Source of the DNA: Deltaproteobacteria bacterium
GTDB taxonomy: Bacteria; Desulfobacterota; Desulfobacteria; Desulfobacterales; Desulfatirhabdiaceae
Assembly: GCA_037129415.1 (NCBI GenBank)
Contig: JBAXVB010000001.1
Span: forward strand, 1,047-65,046
DNA length: 64,000 nucleotides
Reading direction: 5' to 3'
The notes under the pieces were generated by a model that was given only the letters and a program-made list of their open reading frames with translations, did no database searches and was not told where the DNA came from. Positions within the stretch are counted from its first letter, which is position 1. Each line of letters opens with the position of its first letter. Positions 31,997 to 42,257 of the stretch are shown here, piece after piece. Position numbers and translations under genes: made by a program.

Positions 31997-32071
31997 TGGT
32001 GGTCCCAGCGGGGATCGAACCCGCGTTTCCGGCGTGAGAGGCCAGCGTCCTAACCGCTAGACGATAGGACC
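31997..32071 (-). tRNA. tRNA-Glu (anticodon CUC), CCA encoded
   Basis: Folded by hand: GGTCCTA/TGGGACC acceptor, GTCT/GGAC D stem, anticodon loop CTCTCAC, T arm GCGGG-TTCGATC-CCCGC. 75 nt. Confidence 0.9.
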
Positions 32072-32085
32072 AAACTACCCTTGCA

Positions 32086-32114
32086 TCTCTATTAAAAATG
32101 ATTGAGATTGTCAA
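32086..32114 (-). promoter_or_regulatory. sigma70-like promoter of tRNA-Glu
   Basis: Minus strand reads TTGACA, 17 nt, TAGAGA, ending 14 nt before the tRNA 5' end. Confidence 0.4.
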
Positions 32115-32362
32115 GTGGTTTCCATACCGCACAGTGAAAAAATGACATTCTTGATTTCCGTGTTGACACTTTCTGTGTCCATCCTGTTATATTTTGGAGT
32201 TTTCGAAAAATAGAGATGAACATGGTTTAAATGTTGTGATAAACAACAAAAAATTTCGACCTGTTCGGCTATGAATCGGGCATCTATCCTGGCTATCGGA
32301 ATGATTATGCGGCGAGCTTGAATTCGAGTTCCCTTTTTTGAAACCAAATCACAAATGACAGC

Positions 32363-34642
32363 CTATCCTTTACGAAAAATATCAGCAAACGGATTGTTGA
32401 ATGGAACCGGTTTTTCCTTTAAAGGCTTTCGGGATCCTTTTTTCAATTCGGTTTTCTGCTCGGATACTGAGTGATGCGATTGGGGTGAAGATGCCATTTC
32501 CGGCGCTGATTTCATGGAAAGCGATATCCGCTTGCGGTCCAGATCCACATCAAGAACCGTTACTTGCACTTTCTGGTTGACCTTGACCACATCCTGGGGG
32601 TTCTTGACAAACCGGTCGGACAGTTCGCTAACGTGAACCAGACCGTCCTGATGCACTCCGATATCTACAAAAGCCCCGAAGGCGGTAACATTGGTGACAA
32701 TTCCGGGAAGTTTCATGCCGATGCAAAGGTCTTCCATTTTTTCGACACCGCTGGTAAAGCCCATTTCGAAAGGCTCTCTGGGGTCCCGCCCGGGCTTGGC
32801 CAGCTCATTCAGAATGTCTTTAAGGGTCGGCAGTCCCACTGATTCTGTGACATACCGGGAAATATCAATCTGGCTGCGAAGCTCGGCTGTTTTCAACAGA
32901 TCAGTCACCGTGCCGCCTATATCTTTTGCCATGGCATCCACGATCGGGTAGCTCTCCGGATGAACAGCGCTGGCATCCAGGGGATTGATTCCCTCCCGGA
33001 TTCTTAGAAATCCCGCAGCCTGTTCAAAGGCTTTTGGTCCCAGGCGTTTGACTTTTTTAAGAGCCTGACGCGAGTCAAACGGGCCGTTTTCATTGCGATG
33101 CTGGACAATGTTTCGGGCAAGCTGCGGCCCCAGCCCGGATATATATGTCAAGAGCTGGGCGCTGGCCTGATTGACATCCACGCCAACGCGATTAACGCAA
33201 CTAAGAACCACATCATCCAGGGATTGTTTCAGGGCGGATTGATCCACGTCATGCTGATACTGGCCGACACCGATGGATTTGGGATCGATTTTCACCAGCT
33301 CCGAGAGCGGATCCATCAATCGTCTGGCAATGGATACCGCGCCGCGAACCGTCAAGTCAAGATCGGGAAATTCTTCCCTGGCGACTTCCGAAGCCGAATA
33401 GATCGAAGCTCCGCTTTCATTCACCATGATCACGGATAGAGTATCTTTTGTCTGCGTGGGAAGCACAGCGGTTTTCAGAAATGCTTCAGTCTCCCGGCCG
33501 GCCGTACCGTTACCAACGGCGATGGCTTCGATTTGAAAGCGGCTGCATATCTCTGTTACCTTCTCTGCCGCCTGACGGGTTTGCGACTCTGACAAATGCG
33601 GGTAAATGGTGTCATGGTAGAGCAGCTTTCCCTGGCGGTCCAGGCACACAAGCTTGCAGCCGGTTCTAAAACCCGGATCCAATCCCATAACCTGTTTTGC
33701 ACCGAGGGGCGGCGCCAGAAGCAATTGCTTCAGGTTGTCTGCAAAAATACGGATGGCCTCTACATCGGCCCGCTCCTTGGTTGAAACGCGAACCTCGGTT
33801 TCCATGGACCGGGAAAGAAGCCGCTTGTACCCGTCAATAATCGCCAGACGCACCTGGCTGGCGTCATCGCCGCCGCCTTTTACAAAAATGTTTTCCAGAA
33901 TCGAAATGGCATCTGCTTCGGACGGCAATACGGACAGATTCAAGATATCTTCATTTTCCCCCCGGCGCATGGCCAGGATTCGATGGGACGGAGCCTGGGA
34001 AACCGGCTCTTTCCAGTCGAAATAATCCTTGTATTTAGCGCCTTCTGCCTCCTTTCCTGCTGAAACCAGGCAGACAAACATCCCTTTTTCAGCGAACAAT
34101 TGGCGAATGTGCGCCCTTGCCCCGGAATCTTCCGCGATTCTTTCCGCAAGTATATCCCTGGCTCCGGAAAGCGCCTCTTCAGGACTGTCCACACCTTTTT
34201 CGGTATTCACATACAAAGTCGCCTCCCGAACTGGATCAATTCCGGTTTGCTCCAGAAGCAGAAGAGCAAGTGGCTCAAGCCCTTTTTCCCTGGCAATGGT
34301 GGCGCGGGTCCGGCGTTTGGGGCGAAATGGAAGATATATGTCCTCCAGCTCGGAAAGGGTCGGCGCAACCATGACGCTCTGGCTCAGTTCATCGGTCAAA
34401 TGGCCATGCTGCTCCAAAGAGTGCAGAATGGCTGATCTTCGCGAATCCAGATCATGAAGCTGACCGAGCCGGTCCCGGATGGCGGCGATTGAAACCTCAT
34501 CCAGGCTTCCGGTCGCCTCTTTACGGTATCTTGCAATAAATGGAATGCTGGCATCCTCTTCCAGAAGCAAAGCAACTGCCTGCACCTGCTGGATAGTCAG
34601 GTGCAGTTCATCGGTAATAAGTGAAACGTGGGATAAATTCAT
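32363..34642 (-). CDS. tex: Tex-like transcription accessory protein (YqgF/HhH/S1 domains)
   Basis: 'IARYRKEATGSLDEV', 'VMGLDPGFRTGCKL', and a C-terminal S1 'GIVTNVTAFGAFVDIGVHQDGLVHVSEL'. The start at M14 of the track ORF avoids overlap with aroQ. Confidence 0.9.
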   Translation of the reverse strand: MNLSHVSLITDELHLTIQQVQAVALLLEEDASIPFIARYRKEATGSLDEVSIAAIRDRLGQLHDLDSRRSAILHSLEQHGHLTDELSQSVMVAPTLSELEDIYLPFRPKRRTRATIAREKGLEPLALLLLEQTGIDPVREATLYVNTEKGVDSPEEALSGARDILAERIAEDSGARAHIRQLFAEKGMFVCLVSAGKEAEGAKYKDYFDWKEPVSQAPSHRILAMRRGENEDILNLSVLPSEADAISILENIFVKGGGDDASQVRLAIIDGYKRLLSRSMETEVRVSTKERADVEAIRIFADNLKQLLLAPPLGAKQVMGLDPGFRTGCKLVCLDRQGKLLYHDTIYPHLSESQTRQAAEKVTEICSRFQIEAIAVGNGTAGRETEAFLKTAVLPTQTKDTLSVIMVNESGASIYSASEVAREEFPDLDLTVRGAVSIARRLMDPLSELVKIDPKSIGVGQYQHDVDQSALKQSLDDVVLSCVNRVGVDVNQASAQLLTYISGLGPQLARNIVQHRNENGPFDSRQALKKVKRLGPKAFEQAAGFLRIREGINPLDASAVHPESYPIVDAMAKDIGGTVTDLLKTAELRSQIDISRYVTESVGLPTLKDILNELAKPGRDPREPFEMGFTSGVEKMEDLCIGMKLPGIVTNVTAFGAFVDIGVHQDGLVHVSELSDRFVKNPQDVVKVNQKVQVTVLDVDLDRKRISLSMKSAPEMASSPQSHHSVSEQKTELKKGSRKPLKEKPVPFNNPFADIFRKG

Positions 34643-34656
34643 GAAACCTCTTCTGT

Positions 34657-35124
34657 TTAATTGTGAACGACGGCTCGACATTGCCGTGCGATATATTCCA
34701 GCGCCAGAATGTAGCCATCGCCGCCCAGTCCGGAAATCTGCCCGGTTGCAACGCCTGCAATCATCGAATGGTGGCGGAAGGTCTCCCGCTTGTAGATATT
34801 GGAAAGATGAACCTCAACCACCGGAAAACTTAGAAGCAGCAGGGCGTCATGTATAGCCACGCTGGTATGCGTATAAGCGCCGGGATTAATGATCAGGCCA
34901 TGATGAGAGTTCATTATTTCCTGAATCTTATCCACAATGACCCCTTCATGGTTGGATTGAAATATCTCGACGCACACGCCAAGATGGTTTCCGGTTTCTT
35001 TAAGGGCGGTGTTGATATCATCAAGAGTTGCCTTTCCATAAACTTCAGGCTCTCTTTTGCCCAGCATGTTCAAGTTGGGACCGTGAATCACCAGAATTAT
35101 TTTGTTCTCAGGCATAGGTTCCAT
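34657..35124 (-). CDS. aroQ: type II 3-dehydroquinate dehydratase
   Basis: '[19 protein letters not shown]', 'FQSNHEG', '[18 protein letters not shown]', '[16 protein letters not shown]'. Confidence 0.95.
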   Translation of the reverse strand: MEPMPENKIILVIHGPNLNMLGKREPEVYGKATLDDINTALKETGNHLGVCVEIFQSNHEGVIVDKIQEIMNSHHGLIINPGAYTHTSVAIHDALLLLSFPVVEVHLSNIYKRETFRHHSMIAGVATGQISGLGGDGYILALEYIARQCRAVVHN

Positions 35125-35133
35125 CCGATCACC

Positions 35134-35805
35134 TCATTTATCTGCAGTATCCCTGCTGATTATCTGTTTAAGTGCGGAGATTGTTTTTCCGTAGTCCTGG
35201 CTGCCGAAAATGGCTGAGCCGGCCACAAAGACATCAGCACCGGCTTCGGAGATTTCCAGGATGGTGGTTTCATTCACTCCGCCATCAATCTCAATCAAAG
35301 TGGGCAGGTTTTTGCTCTGAATCCATCTTCGCATATGCCTTGTTTTCTGAAGGGCGCTTTGGATAAACTTCTGTCCCCCGAAGCCCGGATTCACGCTCAT
35401 GATAAGGACAAAATCCAGATATTCCAGAATCCATTCCAGAGCCGATGCCGGGGTGGTCGGATTCAGTACGGCGCCGGGCCTGCAGCCGCATTCCCGGATA
35501 AGGTGAATCGTCCGGTGCAGATGCGTACAGGTTTCAACCTGAACGGAAATCAGGGAGGCACCTGCCTTGGCGAAATCCTGAATAAACCGGTCCGGATTTT
35601 CAATCATCAAATGGACATCTATGGGAAGGCTGGTCACCTTTCGGACCGCTTTCACAACCATCGGACCAATCGTGATGTTGGGAACAAAATGACCATCCAT
35701 TACATCCACATGGATCCAGTCTGCGCCGGCCGCTTCAACCGCCTTGATTTCTTCCCCCAACCGGGAAAAATCCGCCGATAATATGGAAGGGGCAATGTAT
35801 TTCAT
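35134..35805 (-). CDS. rpe: ribulose-phosphate 3-epimerase
   Basis: 'IAPSILSADFSRLGEEI...GADWIHVDVMDGHFVPNITIGP', 'MSVNPGFGGQKF'. Confidence 0.95.
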   Translation of the reverse strand: MKYIAPSILSADFSRLGEEIKAVEAAGADWIHVDVMDGHFVPNITIGPMVVKAVRKVTSLPIDVHLMIENPDRFIQDFAKAGASLISVQVETCTHLHRTIHLIRECGCRPGAVLNPTTPASALEWILEYLDFVLIMSVNPGFGGQKFIQSALQKTRHMRRWIQSKNLPTLIEIDGGVNETTILEISEAGADVFVAGSAIFGSQDYGKTISALKQIISRDTADK

Positions 35806-35861
35806 TCATCTCTCCTGTTTTGTAAACGCCTCAAAATTTAATGCTTTTCAACCGGATTTTT

Positions 35862-37046
35862 TTAGTAGATATCAAACTTCAGCAGTCGCCCATCAAGACC
35901 ACCGTTCTTTAGTGGAAGCTTCAGGGATGGCTTCAGGCCGATATGGGGTATCAGATCACGATTTCCAGCATAGACATAAGCATGGGAATTCAGACATCTT
36001 TGCTTCAGAAAATCGCCAAAATTTTTATACCACAACTCAAGCTCGACGGGATTGTCCAGACGGATGCCGTAGGGCGGATTGCAGATGATGAGCCTGTTTT
36101 CAAGTCTTGATATCTGCTGAAAATCTTTGACAATCACCGCAATGTGTTCACCGTGGGGAAGCTCTCGAAGGTTTGCACGGGTTGCAGCGACAGCCTTTTC
36201 CGAAATATCGCTGGCCGCGATCAGCCCGTCCGGAAGTTTGCGTATGCGCCGATCCGCCGTGGCCTTGACCTGTTTCCAGCTTTTTCTGTCGTAATCGGGA
36301 AGAAACTCAAATCCGAACCGTTTTCGGAGAATTCCGGCTGGAATGCGGCAATAGTGCATTAGGGCTTCTGTGACCAGGGTCCCGGAACCGCACATTGGAT
36401 CATACAGGGGGCGCTCGCCGTTCCATGCAGAAAGATGAATGATAGCCGCTGCCAGCGTTTCCTGGATCGGGGCCTTGACAGTTTGTTTCCGGTATCCCCT
36501 GCGGTGGAGTGATCCGCCTGAAGTATCGATTCCGATAACTGCCTGGTTGTTTTCAATATGAAGATTGATCCAGATGTCGGGATTGATCTTTTCAACCGTT
36601 GGTCGGCTTCCGGACAGGTTTCTGAAATAGTCAACAATGGCGTCTTTCAGGCGAAGCGCGGCAAACTCCGAATGATTGATGGCTGTGCTGTTCGAGACAC
36701 TGGCAAAGACGGCGAAAGTGTGATCCGCAGAGAAAAAATCGCGCCACTCGATGTCCGAGCCTTTCCGGTAGAGATGATCGGCGTTTCGGCATGAGAAAAT
36801 GCTGAGCGGCGCAATCACCCGCGTGATGAACCGGGTTTCGTAATTGACACGATACATCACATCCCGGCTGGCGTTAAAATAGACGCCACGATATGCCGGT
36901 CTGATATTTTCCGCTCCCAGCTTCAACAGCTCTTCACATCCGATATTCAGAATGTCGTCTGCGATCTGGGCAAAGTATTCTTGATTCAGTTGATAGTCAT
37001 ACATGGTTTCTTCAGATAGCCATTCCGGGTGAACGAACGGGGCCAT
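35862..37046 (-). CDS. THUMP-domain class I SAM-dependent RNA methyltransferase (COG0116, RlmL/YpsC-like)
   Basis: 'LHRRGYR', 'DPMCGSGT', 'ICNPPYG'. Confidence 0.8.
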   Translation of the reverse strand: MAPFVHPEWLSEETMYDYQLNQEYFAQIADDILNIGCEELLKLGAENIRPAYRGVYFNASRDVMYRVNYETRFITRVIAPLSIFSCRNADHLYRKGSDIEWRDFFSADHTFAVFASVSNSTAINHSEFAALRLKDAIVDYFRNLSGSRPTVEKINPDIWINLHIENNQAVIGIDTSGGSLHRRGYRKQTVKAPIQETLAAAIIHLSAWNGERPLYDPMCGSGTLVTEALMHYCRIPAGILRKRFGFEFLPDYDRKSWKQVKATADRRIRKLPDGLIAASDISEKAVAATRANLRELPHGEHIAVIVKDFQQISRLENRLIICNPPYGIRLDNPVELELWYKNFGDFLKQRCLNSHAYVYAGNRDLIPHIGLKPSLKLPLKNGGLDGRLLKFDIY

Positions 37047-37202
37047 GAGCTTACAGGTTTATTGTAAACGGGCGACAGACTCCTTCAGATGCAAAGGTAA
37101 CCAATTACCGTATTCTTGTGCTGATGGCCTTTTTTATTTCCGTTATCATGCGGTTTTTTCATAAAAACCGCAACCAAAAATATATGTTCAGTCAAATAAT
37201 CA

Positions 37203-37231
37203 TTGACATGAGTACAATTATTGGTTATTTA
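37203..37231 (+). promoter_or_regulatory. sigma70-like promoter of tRNA-Ala
   Basis: TTGACA (37203-37208), 17 nt, TATTTA (37226-37231). Confidence 0.4.
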
Positions 37232-37248
37232 TTCAGCATAAGATTTGT

Positions 37249-37324
37249 GGGGCTGTAGCTCAGCTGGGAGAGCGCATGACTGGCAGTCATGAGGCCAACG
37301 GTTCGATCCCGTTCAGCTCCACCA
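37249..37324 (+). tRNA. tRNA-Ala (anticodon GGC), CCA encoded
   Basis: GGGGCTG/CAGCTCC acceptor with the G3:U70 pair. Anticodon loop is CTGGCAG. Confidence 0.9.
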
Positions 37325-37336
37325 AAATAATAAGTC

Positions 37337-37376
37337 AAAGGTTTATGGAAATTTCCATAAACCTTTTTTTGTTTTT
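37337..37376 (+). terminator. rho-independent terminator
   Basis: aaaggtttatggaaa/tttccataaaccttt perfect dyad followed by ttttgttttt. Confidence 0.8.
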
Positions 37377-37633
37377 GTCCCAGTTCGTACAAGGATATTG
37401 CGTGTGGGCATAAACTGCACTTTTCAATTCACCGCACAGAAGACAACGCTCTTGTGGCGACTAATTCCGTTGAATATTTTCTTTGTGTCCTTTGCGCATT
37501 TGAGGTGAACGCTCTTGTGGCGGCTAAAAACTCAGTCATTGACCGCTCAAAGTTTCCTGTTAAACTTGGTAACCGGCGCAAGCAATTAATAAACAGAAAA
37601 TGCATGACTTCTAATCGTTATCGGGGAGGCTAT

Positions 37634-40282
37634 ATGAGAACGCTGAAGGATAAATTGTCGCATCTGACCTACCAGCAGGCCACAAAACTGCTCGGCGCTC
37701 AGGGAAAAGAGTTGCTGATGGCGGGCGGGAAATTCGATATTGATGTTTTCGAACAGGTGACACTCGACGACGAGAGCTTTCAATTGAAACTTGAAGGCTC
37801 GATCGTTGACATCAGGCTGGATTCGCTGAAGCATCAGCGAATCCAGATGACTTGCAGCACTTGCCCTGTGATCTGCGATCATCAGGGCGCAGCCCTTTCA
37901 TTGATTCTGGAGGAGAAAATGGCCTTGGGGTTGGCGGCGCCTCCACCCGAGAGAGTTCCCGTTGAGAGCCTGAGCGAAGCCGAATTGATTGATCAGGCCA
38001 TGTCAGATCGAAAAGAACGGGCGCTAACGGAAAAGATGCGATTGGTGTCCATGAACCCGCATGAATTGTGGACCGATTATGTCATCACAAGTCAAGTTTC
38101 CGGAAAAAGTTACCGGATTGCGCTACGCGGCTGGAAGCCGGGCGAATCCTATTGCTCTTGTCCGGATTTTCGCAAAAATACACTCGGTACATGCAAACAC
38201 ATTATGTTTTCTCTGGAAATCGTTCGAAAAAAATTCAATAAACAGATGCGGGAGACCCCTGCTGAAATCAAGGAAATCTGTTTTTACCTTCAATACGGAG
38301 AAGAGACGCAACTGAAAATGTTGATGCCGGAAATCCTCGGTTCAGTTGTTTTGAAACGTCTGCTACCGCTGAAAGGAAAACCCATTGAAAACATGAAGGA
38401 CCTGATCAGCCGCATCCGTCATGTCGAAAATGCGGGGATTTCGGTCACTGTCTATCCGGATGCCGAAGAGTATATCAACCGGAGGCTGTTTCAGGACCGT
38501 ATGGCAGATGAGGTTGCCGATATCCGCAAGGATCCGGCGAATCACCCGCTGCGAAAGACCCTTTTAAAAACCGAATTGCTCCCGTATCAGTTGGATGGCA
38601 TTGCTTTTGCTGCCGGGGCCGGCCGCGCGGTTCTGGCTGACGACATGGGACTTGGAAAAACCATCCAGGGGATCGGGCTTGCCGAATTACTATCACGCCA
38701 AGCCTCAATTACCAAGGTGCTGATTATTTGCCCTGCATCCTTGAAAGCCCAGTGGCGAATTGAGATCAAGCGTTTCAGCCATCGCAGCTCCTGCCTCATC
38801 CTTGGGGCCGTGAAAGACCGGCAGGCCCAGTATGTGAACGACAGTTTTTTTACTATATGCAATTACGAGCAGGTGATGCGGGATTTTTTATCCATAGAAA
38901 AGGTGTCTTGGGATCTGATCATACTGGATGAGGGACAGCGGATCAAAAATTGGGAAGCCAAAACGAGCAGGGTGATAAAGTCGTTGCGATCCCGGTTCGC
39001 CCTCGTACTCTCCGGCACACCCCTTGAAAACCGGATTGATGATCTTTTTTCGGTAGTGGAATTTATTGACGACAGGCGTCTGGGGCCGGCATTTAAATTC
39101 TTTAATCGGCACAGGATGGTCGATGAAAAAGGAAAACTTCTGGGATACAAAAATCTCGACGAGCTGCGCGAGCGGTTAAAACCCATTTTGCTGCGTCGCA
39201 CACGGGCATCCGTCATCAAGGATCTGCCGCCCCGGACCACTCAGGTGATCCGCATCACGCCCACCGACGAGCAGCTCGGAGTGGAAATCGCCCACCGCAA
39301 GATTATTCAAATTATCCTTCAAAAGAAATTCATTTCAGAGATGGATCTCCTGCGGCTTCAAAAAGCTCTTTTAATGTGCCGGTTGTGCGCCAACAGTACG
39401 TTTCTGGTGGATAAACAGACACCGGGTTACTCAAGCAAGCTAAAAGAACTTGATTCGCTCCTGGAGCAACTATTCGCCGAGGATGATCGCAAGATCGTTC
39501 TTTTCTCCGAATGGACGGGGATGCTCGATATGATCGAGCCGTTGCTGGAGGCCCAAAAGCTGAACTACGTCCGGTTGGACGGCTCTGTACCGCAGAAGTT
39601 GCGTCAGGGCTTGGTGCAACAGTTTCAGGGAAATCCCGAATGCAAGCTTTTTATCACCACCAATGCTGGATCTACAGGATTGAATCTTCAGGCCGCCAAC
39701 ACCGTTATCAACGTCGATCTGCCATGGAATCCGGCTGTATTGGAGCAGCGTATTGGCCGCGCCCATCGCATGGGCCAGAAGCGTCCGGTGCAGGTGTTTT
39801 TGCTGGTTACAGTAGATACACTGGAGGAAAGTTTGCTCACGACCCTTTCGACCAAGCATGAACTCGCGCTGGCGGTGCTTGATCCGGATGCGGATATTAC
39901 CCAGGTCAACATGACAACGGGCATTGAGGAGCTGAAGCGAAGACTGGAGATTCTGCTGGGGGCCAAGCCCGAGGCCGCCGAAGACGAGAGCATGAAGGCG
40001 CAGGTGGAAAGGCAGGCTACTGTCCTGGTGAAAAAGGAGAAAGTGGCGACTGCAGGCGGACAATTGGTGGGCGCGGCCTTTGCCTTTATTGGCGAGATGT
40101 TCTCAAGCGCCGATGAAACCGAAAAAATTGTCTCCCTTACCGAAGCCTTCAGATCAAAGCTAAATGAGTGCATGGAAAAAAATGACGACGGCAGCCTCAG
40201 CATGACGATTCGCATGCCTGATGACACCTTTGTCCAGAATATGGCAAGGTCTCTTGCACAGATGGTTGCGGGTGGACAATAG
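37634..40282 (+). CDS. SWIM zinc-finger SNF2-family helicase
   Basis: GGGGAGG RBS then ATG at 37634. SWIM motif is 'CSCPDFRKNTLGTCKHIMF'. SNF2 motifs are 'LLPYQLDGIAF...DDMGLGKTIQ' and 'DEGQRIKN'. The helicase C part is 'STGLNLQAANTVINVDLPWNPAVLEQRIGRAHRMGQ'. Confidence 0.9.
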   Translation: MRTLKDKLSHLTYQQATKLLGAQGKELLMAGGKFDIDVFEQVTLDDESFQLKLEGSIVDIRLDSLKHQRIQMTCSTCPVICDHQGAALSLILEEKMALGLAAPPPERVPVESLSEAELIDQAMSDRKERALTEKMRLVSMNPHELWTDYVITSQVSGKSYRIALRGWKPGESYCSCPDFRKNTLGTCKHIMFSLEIVRKKFNKQMRETPAEIKEICFYLQYGEETQLKMLMPEILGSVVLKRLLPLKGKPIENMKDLISRIRHVENAGISVTVYPDAEEYINRRLFQDRMADEVADIRKDPANHPLRKTLLKTELLPYQLDGIAFAAGAGRAVLADDMGLGKTIQGIGLAELLSRQASITKVLIICPASLKAQWRIEIKRFSHRSSCLILGAVKDRQAQYVNDSFFTICNYEQVMRDFLSIEKVSWDLIILDEGQRIKNWEAKTSRVIKSLRSRFALVLSGTPLENRIDDLFSVVEFIDDRRLGPAFKFFNRHRMVDEKGKLLGYKNLDELRERLKPILLRRTRASVIKDLPPRTTQVIRITPTDEQLGVEIAHRKIIQIILQKKFISEMDLLRLQKALLMCRLCANSTFLVDKQTPGYSSKLKELDSLLEQLFAEDDRKIVLFSEWTGMLDMIEPLLEAQKLNYVRLDGSVPQKLRQGLVQQFQGNPECKLFITTNAGSTGLNLQAANTVINVDLPWNPAVLEQRIGRAHRMGQKRPVQVFLLVTVDTLEESLLTTLSTKHELALAVLDPDADITQVNMTTGIEELKRRLEILLGAKPEAAEDESMKAQVERQATVLVKKEKVATAGGQLVGAAFAFIGEMFSSADETEKIVSLTEAFRSKLNECMEKNDDGSLSMTIRMPDDTFVQNMARSLAQMVAGGQ

Positions 40283-40491
40283 GCGTTGTGGCGGAATGGA
40301 GCTGACGAAAAACAAGATTTTTTTGTCTTCGTGTGAGACTTTTCCAAAAAGTCTTTAGATGGTTCTTGCATAATTTGCAACACGAATGCACATCATCTAC
40401 ATGCGGAAGCATGTCTTCCGAATACACGATCCATGTCGAATTTTTTTCGCAGACAAATGATTAACGGGCGTATCCTTGGGAGGACCCATTG

Positions 40492-42045
40492 ATGGCGAAA
40501 CCATTACCGATCGGCATTCAGTCTTATGGAGATTTGATTACCGGCGGATTTTTATATGTGGATAAGACCAAATGGATATATGAAATGGTGAGATATCCAA
40601 AAGGGGTTTATTTCCTGTCCCGCCCCCGCCGGTTTGGAAAAAGCCTGCTTCTATCCGCCCTGGAGGCGATTTTTCTGGGACGGCGGGAGCTGTTCAAGGA
40701 GTTGTGGATTGATGGCAGTGATTATGCTTGGAATCCCCATCCGGTCATTCGCATTGATTTCAGCCAGTTTCGGGTGACATCAGCGGTGGATTTGCGGCAG
40801 AAGCTGGAAGAACAGATTACAGAACTGGCAAAGATCAACAATGTGGTCTGTGATACCGGAGACTACCAGAAGCGGTTCCGGGATTTGATCATCCAGTTGT
40901 CCCGTCAGGGTAAAGTGGTTGTTCTGGTGGATGAATACGACAAACCGATCATAGATAACATCGAGTACATTGATGAGACAAAGCATATTCGGGATGTCCT
41001 TAAAGGCTTTTACGAGGTTTTAAAGGGACTGGACGATTATCTGCGGTTCGTGATGCTGACAGGAGTCAGCAAGTTCAGCAAAGTGGGCGTGTTTTCCGGG
41101 CTTAACCATCTGAAAGACATCACCATGGACAACCGCTTTGGCGCGCTGTTGGGGATGACCCATGAGGAGATGGAAACCAGTTTTGCAGACTATATCCAGA
41201 CTTTTGCAATTAATTCCGGCATTCATGCGCCGGATTTGGTGGCGGAAATCCGCCGTTGGTATAACGGATTTTGTTTCTCGAAAGCTTGTGTTCCTGTTTA
41301 TAACCCATTTTCCCTGCTTCTGCTTATGGATATGCAGGATTTTCGCAATTACTGGTTTGAAACGGGAACCCCCACATTCCTGATCCGGCTTCTGAAAACC
41401 CGAAATTATGATATTCAGGAACTGGAAAATATGCGGGTGGATGAGCTGGCTTTCAGCAGTTACGAGGTGGATGATCTCAAACCTGTCGCCCTTTTGTTTC
41501 AGACCGGGTATCTGACGATCAAGGATTATGATCCGGTATCCCGGCTGTTCCGGCTGTCCTATCCCAACTTTGAGGTGAAGAACGCCTTCATGCGGTATCT
41601 ATTGGGCGCTTTCAGCACGGCTGATACCGCCATGACCGGCGGATATCTGTGGGAGTTGGTGACAGCTTTGCGGGTCGGAGACATGTCAAAATTTTTTGAC
41701 GTGCTTCAGATTTTCTTTGCCGGGATTCCCTACGACATTCAGATCAAGCAGGAACGGTATTATCAGACCATCTTTTATCTGATTTTCAAGCTAATTGGTC
41801 TTCAGGTAGGGGTCGAGGTGCGAACCAGCCGTGGCCGGATCAATGCGGTGGCGGAGCTGGAAGAAGGCGTTTTTGTGTTTGAATTCAAATTGGGCGGCAA
41901 TGCAAAACGCGCCCTGGCGCAGATCCATGACAGGGGTTACGCAAAACCATATACAGGAGAAACCCGCCCGGTTTATCTGATTGGTGCAGTGTTTGGCGCC
42001 AAAGGCCAGGGCGTGGTGGACTGGAAAATGGAAATGCTGAAATAA
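40492..42045 (+). CDS. AAA-ATPase-like (PF09820-type) + PD-(D/E)XK (PDDEXK_9-type) protein
   Basis: 'LPIGIQSYGDLITGGFLYVDKT...FLSRPRRFGKSLLLSALEAIF' is a typical N-terminus of this family. The C-terminus has 'VEVRTSRGRINAVAE...VFEFK'. Confidence 0.75.
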   Translation: MAKPLPIGIQSYGDLITGGFLYVDKTKWIYEMVRYPKGVYFLSRPRRFGKSLLLSALEAIFLGRRELFKELWIDGSDYAWNPHPVIRIDFSQFRVTSAVDLRQKLEEQITELAKINNVVCDTGDYQKRFRDLIIQLSRQGKVVVLVDEYDKPIIDNIEYIDETKHIRDVLKGFYEVLKGLDDYLRFVMLTGVSKFSKVGVFSGLNHLKDITMDNRFGALLGMTHEEMETSFADYIQTFAINSGIHAPDLVAEIRRWYNGFCFSKACVPVYNPFSLLLLMDMQDFRNYWFETGTPTFLIRLLKTRNYDIQELENMRVDELAFSSYEVDDLKPVALLFQTGYLTIKDYDPVSRLFRLSYPNFEVKNAFMRYLLGAFSTADTAMTGGYLWELVTALRVGDMSKFFDVLQIFFAGIPYDIQIKQERYYQTIFYLIFKLIGLQVGVEVRTSRGRINAVAELEEGVFVFEFKLGGNAKRALAQIHDRGYAKPYTGETRPVYLIGAVFGAKGQGVVDWKMEMLK

Positions 42046-42257
42046 CAATCAAAACATTTCCAGATTGTTAGTAGACTGATTCTGGAGGCAACTCACACGA
42101 AAAATCCATCTTTGTTCAGCTCTTCGATACGGGTGCCAAAATCCGGTTTATTACAGTCAAAACTTTGTGCCAGTAATGGAAACGCCAGAATGAAAAAACC
42201 CATAATGAAACACATTTTTTTCAGCATTTTGATTCCTTTCTTGTTGTGAGAATGGTT

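Larger units (their letters stand above)
955..32071. mobile_element. ~31-kb integrative genomic island in tRNA-Glu(CUC)
   Basis: A perfect 46-bp direct repeat (955-1000 = 31997-32042) equals the 3' part of the tRNA. An integrase and an Xis-like gene abut the intact tRNA. The cargo is visibly AT-richer than the flanks. No capsid, terminase, T4SS or relaxase genes were recognised. Confidence 0.8.

Noticed and set aside
32111-32347. 78-aa minus-strand ORF between tex and tRNA-Glu
   Set aside because: It overlaps the predicted tRNA promoter region, has no RBS and has an implausible sequence.
32564-34856. Plus-strand ORFs antisense to tex
   Set aside because: They are shadows of the tex frame with Arg/Ser/Pro-rich, low-complexity translations.
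42093-42227. 44-aa minus-strand ORF with a signal-peptide-like start (MLKKMCFIMGFFILAFPLLAQS...)
   Set aside because: It is plausible but very short, without a clear RBS or any conservation evidence available here.
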